DNA of 63,216 nucleotides, the filler included, from Lenisia limosa (Eukaryota; Protista; Breviatea), in the NCBI GenBank assembly GCA_001655205.1. It is 19 parts of 19 records of this genome, joined end to end, with 100 filler letters (N's around TTAATTAATTAA, not from the genome) between each part and the next. Parts side by side here need not be neighbours in the genome. Positions count along the whole stretch, not along the records: positions 47,126 to 48,859 come from LPNZ01002568.1; positions 48,960 to 50,250 come from LPNZ01011117.1; positions 50,351 to 52,756 come from LPNZ01011168.1; positions 52,857 to 54,739 come from LPNZ01000598.1; positions 54,840 to 61,736 come from LPNZ01000426.1; 14 more parts are not named here. One strand, 5' to 3'. Positions 47,557 to 57,949 of this stretch are shown in pieces (position 1 is the stretch's first letter; each line of letters starts with the position of its first letter). The notes under the pieces were generated by a model. It saw only the letters and a program-made list of their open reading frames with translations, was not told where the DNA came from and ran no database searches. A program made the translations under genes and the position numbers.

Positions 47557-48859
47557 AGACGGCATGGCGCTAGACTCCTTGGACTTCTCAATCATCGATC
47601 CGCCGATCAGAAGATCGCATCTCATAGCCAAGATGAAAAGAATCTGGCCAATTGGGTCTCAAGGCAAACCTGCGCTGCTTTATCTCTCCGGTGCGGGGGG
47701 GGGGGNNNNNNNNNNNNNNNNNNNNNNNNNNNNNNNNNNNNNNNNNNNNNNNNNNNNNNNNNNNNNNNNNNNNNNNNNNNNNNNNNNNNNNNNNNNNNNN
47801 NNNNNNNNNNNNNTCTAGGGAAACAAATAAATGCATAGAGACTCCCGTAAACCCCACATTTTCTGTAATCTCGGCATGGTTGGGTGTGACGATGTAGATA
47901 ACGGCCTTCTCTCCGCATCAGAACGTTTCTGCAATGAAGGCCTCATGGGTGGGTGGAAAGGTTTTTTTTGGTTTTGATATTATTTTGGGTTTATTTTGTA
48001 ATATTTTTTTTTATATTGGTTTAATTGCTGGTTTGGGCATTATATTGGTTTATTGGGAATGCACACCATCGTACTAATAGTTTTTTTTTTGNNNNNNNNN
48101 NNNNNNNNNNNNNNNNNNNNNNNNNNNNNNNNNNNNNNNNNNNNNNNNNNNNNNNNNNNNNNNNNNNNNNNNNNNNNNNNNNNNNNNNNNNNNNNNNNNN
48201 NNNNNNNNNNNNNNNNNNNNNNNNNNNNNNNNNNNNNNNNNNNNNNNNNNNNNNNNNNNNNNAACCAAAGGAGAAAGTCATTGATGTCGCCGTAAGTGAT
48301 CATTCACAGGTGGGTAGGCCCCGTGGGTAGGCCCCACATTCTCCATCATTTCGCCCCAATTCTCAATTTATACACCCCAAGTTCTCCTTCACTTCACCCC
48401 AATCCATTCTTACCCCGTCCTTAGCCTCGACTTGCGATAGTGACGTCGAAACGTATCATGGTACTTAGTCACACCCTAAAGAAGATTACCGAGAAATACG
48501 CTCCTGCTGTATGTTGTCGGGAGTAGGTCTTTTGAGAACAAGAATGCAAATATATCACATTGAGGAAGAAAAATTCAATTATATCACATTCCGTACCGGG
48601 ACAAATATTACACATTCCGTACCGGACAAATAAGAAAGGAACAAGGAAATAGCTAGTACAACAAAATTATACAACTTCTTGGTTATAGTACGTATGAATA
48701 TGTAATATTTTTTTTAGTATACATCATAACCCTACCCCTATGCTTTGTTTGTTTTATTGCTCCCAGCATTCGTGTGTTGTCAGCCAACAGAGTTGATTTT
48801 AGGTTTTTTTTTGTTTCATATATTTCCAATTATCCACCCCCCCCCCCAGACCCAACCCT
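47557..48859 (+). CDS. Hypothetical multi-exon protein fragment
   Basis: Splice-bounded open exons (PKEKVIDVAVSDHSQ|PRLAIVTSKRIMVLSHTLKK); frames of the earlier exons are uncertain. Confidence 0.35.
48745..48849 (+). repeat. Family B body+tail ending in CAG acceptor
   Basis: GTGTGTTGTCAGCCAACAGAGTTGATTTTAGG..TTTGTTTCATATATTTCCAATTATCCACCCCCCCCCCAG. Confidence 0.85.
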
Positions 48860-50459
48860 NNNNNNNNNNNNNNNNNNNNNNNNNNNNNNNNNNNNNNNNN
48901 NNNTTAATTAATTAANNNNNNNNNNNNNNNNNNNNNNNNNNNNNNNNNNNNNNNNNNNNTTTTGCAGCACCGTATTCCATCACTACAACAGCGTACGGGG
49001 GGAGGGGGTGAAAAAGGGGAGGTTTGAGCACTACAAAAACAGGATAGAAGAAATGGTGAAATAATATGATAGATGGAATATTGTAAATTAATACGATATG
49101 ACATGATAAAACAAGGTTAACAAATACATTAGAAGTACCTCCCCCCCCCCCCCACATCNNNNNNNNNNNNNNNNNNNNNNNNNNNNNNNNNNNNNNNNNN
49201 NNNNNNNNNNNNNNNNNNNNNNNNNNNNNNNNNNNNNNNNCTAGATGAATTAGGGGTAGTAAATAAAAAGAAATCAACGGATTTTACTTTTATCAATGTG
49301 AAAAAACAGTTTCGCAATATAGCAATAAACAAAACGTGATTCCTCAAAGAACACACTGTGCTATTTTGTATCTTTATTTACATTGTAGCTTTTGAAGTCA
49401 AGCTCATTTATTTACAGCGAGGTAAAAATAGGGTTGAAATATGGAACAACGATTAGCCTTCAAGGTTGTTGTGGTTAGCTATTGTTCGAGAGACCTCCAA
49501 CCCTTACAAAATGAAATGTGTTTTACCGAAATAGTGGATTGATATGTTGTTAATCTTGTACAGAGCGCTTTTTGCGGTGTATTTTTTTGTTACGAAAAAG
49601 GTAGAGTATTATTTTTAGAAAGAACAATAATATATATTTGCCAGTCGTCGATATTGTTGACAGTAGCAATAATTTGATGCATCATCGTACAGCGAGGTTT
49701 GATTTTTGATACTAATGTTACGATAGAGCTGGTAGAGGGAAAGCCCTTCCCCAACTTCTTCCAAATTGCCAATTCACCTGAAGTGGAATTTAAAGGATTC
49801 AAGTCCAAACGCTCTCAGCTTCAAGCAAATATGGTATGAAATAACGACATACATTTTTTTTTATAAATTTAAACAACGAACTTGAATATAACTAGACTCT
49901 GGGAGTCCTCAAGTGTCCCCAGCCACAGCCCCAGAAATTCGCCGCACCCCCAGCCCCAAACATTTCAGCTACTCCCAAGCTCTCAGCACCGCAGATTCAG
50001 ACCAAGTCTCCGCTTTTGAGCCCAAGCTGTCAGTCACCCAGCTACAGACCCCCAAGCTCTCAGCACCGCAGTGACAGACTTCCCACACAGAGGTTAGGGT
50101 TTTACTTCCCAAGATCGCCCAATTCCATCTTTTGAATTACCCAAAAACCAGGACTAAAGAATACCCCGAAAACCTGGAATAAATGGCGTACGCGCATGGT
50201 CAGTGGCGTGTTGGAGCGTATTTAACAGACCCTGATGATATGTTAAATAANNNNNNNNNNNNNNNNNNNNNNNNNNNNNNNNNNNNNNNNNNNNTTAATT
50301 AATTAANNNNNNNNNNNNNNNNNNNNNNNNNNNNNNNNNNNNNNNNNNNNGATGTTAGGATGTTAGGATGGGTGTAGATGAAGATAGGATGTTCTCAACA
50401 TGTATGCTCTAATTTTGTAATATTGTACGCTAGTAATATTGATTTATATTGTAACCTAA

Positions 50460-50919
50460 GGGCGCCCTCGGGGTGAAAGTTTTTACTTAAATTTAGCTAA
50501 ATTTTAAAAAGTGCACTCGGCAAATAAAAATCTAGCTAAAATTTTTGATCAATTTTAACAATTTTTAGTACCTCCTCCAGAGGAGCTACTCAAACATTTT
50601 GGCTCGGTTCTCGTCTCTTTAGCACTCCAATTTCTCACCCATTTTGCTCTCTATCCAGTAGAAGANNNNNNNNNNNNNNNNNNNNNNNNNNNNNNNNNNN
50701 NNNNNNNNNNNNNNNNNNNNNNNNNNNNNNNNNNNNNNNNNAAATGGAATTGTTAAGTGCTTTTTACAACATCAGAGCTTGCTTATCGAGTTGAAGAGGG
50801 ATTTCCATAAAACTCAGCTGCCGAGTGCTCATCCTTAAATTTGCCTCAAATATTGTGGACACAATTTACAATTTAAAGTTTGCTAAATTTACGTAAAAAC
50901 TTCAACCCCGAGGGTGCCC
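50460..50919. mobile_element. PIF/Harbinger (Tourist)-type MITE
   Basis: TAA|GGGCGCCCTCGGGGTGAAAGTTTTTACTTAAATTTAGC..GCTAAATTTACGTAAAAACTTCAACCCCGAGGGTGCCC|TAA: ~40-bp TIR and TAA TSD; internal N gap. Confidence 0.85.
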
Positions 50920-51002
50920 TAATTGTGCTCTAATATTGTGATCTAATATTTTGATCTAACATTGAACTCTTAGTGTACTCCAACATTGAAACTGATTCGC
51001 AG

Positions 51003-51680
51003 CTATCCCCCGCGCAAATGCCCTTGGCTACGCCATGTACACGCCAGAAGACGCCAAATTCCGCACTAAAGCCGAGGTCCGAGGCTGTGCTGGGTGTTTT
51101 CAAACAAAACTATTTACCCCCCCCCCCCCNNNNNNNNNNNNNNNNNNNNNNNNNNNNNNNNNNNNNNNNNNNNNNNNNNNNNNNNNNNNNNNNNNNNNNN
51201 NNNNNNNNNNNNNNNNNNNNNNNNNNNNNNNNGAAATCCTCGATAAATATCGATATTTTTCTGTCTTTTTCGGACCGTAGGGAAGCTAGGGGGATAAGTC
51301 AGAGGTCGATTGCTTTGAAGCATACGGTGCCTAGGCGGTATGGTGCTTCCCTTCCTTGTTGTTTTGATGTGCTCAGTGTAATTAAGGCTTTTTGCATTTT
51401 GTTTTCAGAATGATCTCAATTGTGTAGTGTGCTATTTACAGTTCGTTTTGCTTTTTTTACTTGCTACTTTGCTGCTTTATTTATTACGTTACTAATTCTC
51501 CTTATTATTTTGCCTGTTTTACGGCATTGTATCACATGTGGATATGGGTTATCATATTGCCTGGTTTACTGCATCAAACACTCTCTTATTTCGACTAATG
51601 CTGCCCTTTTGCCTATTTTCATTCCACAGCTTGACGAACAACTGACTGTGATTCTTGGGGGACGTGCGGCTGAAATGGAG
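51003..51680 (+). CDS. FtsH/AFG3/YME1-family AAA metalloprotease (M41 domain) fragment
   Basis: Exons 51003-51076 and 51630-51680 give IPRANALGYAMYTPEDAKFRTKAE|LDEQLTVILGGRAAEME, the M41 'IPR..ALGY....P.......LGGRAAE' signature. Confidence 0.85.
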
Positions 51681-53136
51681 GTGGGTATAATGATGAATAA
51701 AAGAGATGAGTAGTATGGAAGGTACACACTCGCATACATACACACCCATCACCAATTTTACCCCCCCCCCCAGGTATTTGACTCGAGTACCAGACATCCA
51801 GCTTTCCACCCACATGAATCCATCATATCACAGCTTCCTAAACTAAGTGCCTTGTTTCACATTTTCTTAAATTAGGTCGTCATGTGACGACAGGTTGCTT
51901 TAGATGGATTCACTTTTTTTGTGAGCAACAGGCAAAAAGATTCTTAAGATATTCAGATAATACAATTGAGACAATTTAAGTTTCCCAGCCAAAACCCTCG
52001 GACCAAAAGGAAGAGTCCTCTTCATAAAGGTCACGTGACGGCTGCTTAGATAGTTCATTGCCAGCACTAGGTTATCTCATTTTCTCGCAATATTCTTTCT
52101 TGCTTCGACATCAGCTTGAGATTCTCTCGAAGATCCATAGAATGGAATCATAGTTTCAATTTGAAGAACGAAATGATGTGGTCATTTTGAGGGGGAAAGA
52201 TCAGGGCCGTGTGTGCTGTAGTGTTCGTGCAATTAATTTTGACATTATTTGACAAAATTGAAACTATTTCCACTTCAAACTTCGAATTTTTTTGTTTCAA
52301 TATCGTAATAAAAAATACACTTTTGACATATTCACCCAGGGATCTCTAAACCAGATCCATGTAGTCTTAACCTAGCCCTAAATCCAAATTATAGTCACAG
52401 TAGCCAATATTTGTTCCCCCCCTCTCCAAATCCATGGACACCTTACATTCCGATTAAGCAGCGCATTGACTTGGGATTCTTATAAAAAAGCTGAGATTCC
52501 CACTATTTTCATGGCAATCCCATGTAATTTTGTAAAAATCTGAAGAAATTTAAGAGACTCCTAAACATTCTCAAGGAATCCCTAGTCGATACGCCGTGGT
52601 GATGAGAAATTGAACTCACGTTTGAAAATCACAAGAGATATTGATATCGACAAAACATACGAAACAAAATAAATAAACTACTACTCAAAGACTACATTAG
52701 CCCCTTCCTATACCTTCCCCTTCCCCCTGAGTGGAGATGAGCTTGGAGATACGACCNNNNNNNNNNNNNNNNNNNNNNNNNNNNNNNNNNNNNNNNNNNN
52801 TTAATTAATTAANNNNNNNNNNNNNNNNNNNNNNNNNNNNNNNNNNNNNNNNNNNNATTGTCACATGCACCACAAGTCTTATGCGTTCGAAGGGGAAATG
52901 TGGGGAAGATTTCATTGTAACAGTCTGAGCCACAGACCTGAAATAATGAGGTGTGTGCAAGAGAAAAGGGTCATATTAACTCAAAAAAAGATATTACATT
53001 TCTCATATTTTGAACGGCTGCATCCGTTTTCAACGGGTGTGTAATTAACGTTCACGTTTCAGTAGGTATGCAATTAGCGTTTCCACGTTTAAGCACGTTA
53101 CTTTTCTTTCAATGAATTTATCACCTGTCCCCTCAC

Positions 53137-54576
53137 CGTAGCAGGACAGGCCGCAGTACCAAACTTCCAGATTTCGGGGGAGGAGTCCCCAGGAACTATC
53201 ATAGTATCCGCCTTAATGAGGAGGGGTTGAGGGCTGAACCGGTTACCTCAGAATATGGGTAAAATGTAAATACCTCAAATTTTGATTACTGTAGTGGACA
53301 TGATAAACCATTTTCGCTACAGTAAAAAAACCCCAAGCTTACACATAGAGCGCAGCAGGAATGACATCCCCGGTCTAAGCAATTAGTAACAGAAAAAATA
53401 TACGACGTTGATATACTATACAGGGTTTCGTAGAAGAGACAAAAGACAATAAAATAATCATCATGTCTCACATTTCATTAATTATTTGTACATTATAATC
53501 TGTTCCTTCCCCTCAGACAGAAGTGCATCCCGTGTGATCAAACGTGAAGATCTCAGCCACTTTTGTGGAGGTGATGGGGGTGACCAAAACGGTGCTACCA
53601 AATTTTGTCTGAAATCATTACTCAAAATCAAAAGACTGTTGTCATAGAGCTATGATGGAATAAAAAGAAGTTTCAACAGACAGAGTATTAGAACACTATC
53701 TTGTGATTCTCCGAATAACTAAGGTGCAATAAATGGTGTTACATATTTGAGCAGACGTGGGTTCTAGGACGGACGGTTATGCAGGTGGCTGTGGAGTTGA
53801 CTTGGAGAAGATCTATTCAGTCAAACAGTCTGTTCAGACGTCATAAAAAGCCCCATTTCTGCATCTGAAGTACATTCCCATCCTACCCCAATCGATAACG
53901 TAGGCTCCTTCATCATCGAGGAAAAGAGGGATTCCTGTGCTATTGTCGAAAACAAACATTCCATAACTGAGGGTTGTGAGACCGAGAAATGGAATTTACT
54001 GGGAGATATTGAGTCAAGTAATCTTTTTATGATGCAACGTTTAACATACCTGTCAGTGATGTAATGGGGAGACGGATTTGGGGTAACACTTGACGGCATG
54101 AAATCCTAAATAATAAGGAATAAAAATATATTTCAAAACTAAATACTCTCAAATGGTTGACAGGATGTTAAAGGACTATACTACGGGCAATTAGACAAAA
54201 TGTTCGCAATTGCCCCCCCCCCCACATAAACAACGTAGGTAAATCCCCAGTTGGACACAGGCCTGTTAAACCATGCCGCCTTTACCAAGCCCTAAACCGT
54301 GACAATAGCATAACAATAACAGCGATTTATGAAATGAAGACCTTTGCAAATTGCAATTGATTGTGAAAACATGTAAAATGAAAAGAGAAAACTGTGTGAA
54401 TCAGTTTCAAAGCCAGTAACCTAAAATAAATCACAACACACACCCACGTTCTCAGCATGGAAGGTGTCAAAGTAGTAATACGATCCAATGTCGCCGATAG
54501 AAGAAGATTTTGTGGAAAAAGACATGGACGTTTTACTGTAAGACGCTTGTCTGCATGGAGTGGAGCTTGAGTCAAC
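53137..54576 (-). CDS. Hypothetical multi-exon protein fragment
   Basis: In-phase exons ..SYYYFDTFHAEN|GLVKAAWFNRPVSNWGFTY|DFMP..|TGIPLFLDDEGAYVIDW|DLLQVNSTATCITVRP. Confidence 0.5.
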
Positions 54577-55105
54577 CTGGAGGCAAATTATTTTATGAAA
54601 CCATTCAAGGGGTTTGGGGTGAGGTCAATGGCAATAATATATTTTAGTACAATGATAACTCAATTCAAATTATCATGATCATGTGGGGGACTTCCGAGTT
54701 GAAAAAGACAACAAAAAGAGGGTTCGTACATATGCCTGTNNNNNNNNNNNNNNNNNNNNNNNNNNNNNNNNNNNNNNNNNNNNTTAATTAATTAANNNNN
54801 NNNNNNNNNNNNNNNNNNNNNNNNNNNNNNNNNNNNNNNATTTCAGAAAAGCGGTCGCGGTTATGTTACAGGTCGCGGTCGTGTGCACTCACCTATATGC
54901 TTATAGTATGTTGTGACAATTTATTGAATGTTCGTTCGCCATAATTTACAGTGTCAGGAGAACAACTATGTTGGATGACAGTGTTTTGGAGTCTTGAAAG
55001 GACTCAAAACATCAGATGGTAGTAAGGAATGGTCGTATTTAGTTCACTATCTCAATAAGAACCTAGATTCTATGAATTCAGAAGAAAAAAAGGTAAATTT
55101 CAATT

Positions 55106-56375
55106 TACTTTGATGACGTTTTTGGCACAGCCGAAACGGAACTTTTCAGTCGCTACATCTCTCGCGTCAATCCTCATTTTCTGGACCCTTGTCGGCATCC
55201 CCTAGTACAGGACAAGGTGTCCTTGCCAGCGCACAATATGACGGCTCTGGGGGTAGAAATTGACACCCCGACTCTGACCGCTCGTCTCCCCAAGGACAAA
55301 ATTGCCGCATATCTCCAACACATTAACATTGCCACCCATGCTCCCCAGTCTGTCAAGTCTCCTTGCGGGCAAATTGGCCTGGGCTGGTCGTGATATCCCC
55401 GTTAGCTGTCGTGGGTTGACCTCCTGAGGAACCCTCAATGGACTGGGATAGCCACTCTGAACCCTCCCCGCCGGGTCACAAGTCAAGATGATCCACTTTG
55501 GTGCACGGATGCGTCATTCACTGGTATCGGTGGATTGTGTCCGTCCCAGAAGCTGTACTTCATGTCAAAGCACTCCATATTAACTTTCTCAAATTGCTTG
55601 CGGTTCGAGTGGATTTGGCCGTCTTCAGCAGTCCGGGTTCTTCCATCCTCGCCGGTTGTGATAACCAGAGCGCTATTTCTTGGTTTAACTGGGGTGGCTG
55701 CTCCACAAGTGTAGCCAATTCTACTGCAGTAAATGCTATTTGCCGTTAATCCAGCCAGAAACCTTGTTTCTGATTTCACAGGTGAACTCTGGATTGCGGA
55801 AGTCTCCTTAACCATTGCAAGTGCTCAAACCATTGGAGTTACGTATCTGCCCTTGTTCGATATGCACTGGAAAACGGCCAGGTGCACCCCACGAAGAACC
55901 GTTTCGGCCCCGCCTCTATGGTAAAGAACCTTCAACAAGAACTCAAAGCCAACCTTGTCAAACAAGCTCAACACATGTCGGTATCTCAGTCCAAAGCTCT
56001 TGTTGCTACTAGGCCTCCAACTAATCCCAATAACACCCTAATCCGAACAGTCCCTTGCTGTTTTCTTCGGAACGCCAAGAATGGGTGACGGTCTCCCTCC
56101 AACTGCAAAGGATATTGAAAGAGGTCCTCCCTTATCCTCGGTTAAATGCTCCTCCCTTTCCACCTCATTTGTCAGTAGTTTCACTAAGAACTCAAAGCTA
56201 TCTGTAACCTTCCGCTACCGACCAACGGCCTCAAAGACCATTTGCTGAGTGGCCGCAATTGCAGCCCTCAACGAACAGTCACGCAACAATGACAAGAACG
56301 TTCATCGTGCCTTGTTCGTTTGGCCATTCGGTTGCCTACTGAGAGTTCGAGCAATGTATGACATTCTCTAGAATC
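55106..56375 (+). mobile_element. Degenerate DIRS-type (tyrosine recombinase) retrotransposon remnant
   Basis: RT: YFDD at 55106 then ..DKVSLP..LGVEIDT..RLPKDK, frameshift, LAGKLAW. RNase H: TDASFTGIGG, HINFLKLLAV, CDNQSAISW. YR-like LFVWPFGCLLRV near 56330. Contains frameshifts and stops, no introns. Confidence 0.8.
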
Positions 56376-57561
56376 AGCATATTTTGCTTGGCTTTAATTG
56401 TAACAATCTTGAATTGATTTGTTTCCCAAACAACAGGTGTATATTACAAGGGCTTCCCTACGTACGGGCCGAAATAGACCAGTTAAATATCGCGGATTTT
56501 TCGCGGATTTTTTGAGAAAATCGGTCTTTTAAGAACCAAATGGAAGCCCTATGGTTTAATTTCCCATTCTATTCGTAATATAAAATGCACACGGGTAAAT
56601 AGTTAGACGAGCAGGGGTCCAATACTGCCTTATATACCGAAAACAGCAGATGAGCTTCATGAAGTTTTTGTTGCTTGGGTAAAAAGAAAGATATTGTTGG
56701 AACGTGTGATATGGTCTTTGTTGATCTTAACTGGGTTAGTCTATTTGGGTGGACTACTTCACGAGTTGCGGCGACGTATTTGCTGGGCGACCTTTGGCGA
56801 AGTGCCCCCGGCTACCGCCCAAGGCTGCGAAGCGAAAGTTCTGTCAAGGACAGTTTTAGTGAGAAATCTAAAGGCTGATCCATTGTTTTTACTGTTGTCA
56901 GGAAATTGTGGATGTGGAACGCTTTCCTCACGTAGTCGTAGCTGGCATTGGCGCGGGGGTTCACCTTGGTCAAGACAGCGTTCACATGGGGGAAGATCGG
57001 TAGATTGCTGTAGTCAATACAGTCAAGGCCTCGCACAGGCTGGATATTATCCCACACTATGCAGCTGGTATCAATGTCCTCCTCCTCAGAATTGACGTAC
57101 AGGAGCATTCCTTGACTGTATACTACTGATATCAAATTTTGCATGATAAACTCTGAAATATCCTCACCCCACCCTTTCGTGTGTCTTGCTTCTCATTGAA
57201 GTCCATTGTCTCGGGGACACGAATGTAGACCTTCTTGTCCTCCTTGGTGATGAAGATGTCCTTGAACGTAGCACAGCTCGAGTAAGTCACCATAAGAAAG
57301 AGAAGCGCAGCCTAGGTGATTCAGTTTGGGGTACTACCGACCTAGTCATACCTCCAGAGCTACCTCTACAAAGCCAAGGATTTGGGGTTGCGGTGGTACC
57401 ATTGTATAAAGGTAGTTGTACTAATACTATCTCACAAGTCTTAAGGACATTAGTTTAAATAGTTCCGCCGCTGGGCCGGGCCAACATGCATTCGACATAA
57501 TTTTCATTCTTCCGTATATTTAACGTACACACAACAATTAGTAGTCAAATTATGTAAGAGA

Positions 57562-57741
57562 CAGTGCTTCCCTGGACAACGGTCCCGGTCCAGTCCGGAC
57601 TGGTCTGGACCGGTCCCACATCGGTCCCAGATTTTCAGAGAACCGGTCCGGTCCGGTCCCACAAATTATTAGAACCGTTCTGGTCCGGACCGGTCTAGAT
57701 TTTCGAGGTTGTGAACCGGACCGGGACCTAGGGAAGCACTA
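57562..57741. mobile_element. Non-autonomous TIR element (hAT-like) with GGACCGG/CCGGTCC subterminal repeats
   Basis: CAGTGCTTCCCTGG..CTAGGGAAGCACTA termini; many palindromic accggtcc motifs; TSD imperfect (GTAAGAGA / GAAGAGGT). Confidence 0.7.
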
Positions 57742-57949
57742 GAAGAGGTCAATTCAGGTGAGAGATTGAAAACAGTATCATATGATAACAGCTGACCATG
57801 GTTATCGGTAAATTTTCATTGAGGATACATTTAATATCTACAGAATGTGATGAGATATTGTATGATAAATTTGATATGGCAGGTGGGAATATAAAAAGAA
57901 ATATTCCGTTTTGTAGCAAATTAAAGAAAAGTATGAGTATAGCCCCTCA

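Noticed and set aside
50351-50370. GATGTTAG repeat at a contig start as a telomere
   Set aside because: Only two to three units, with no canonical telomeric array.
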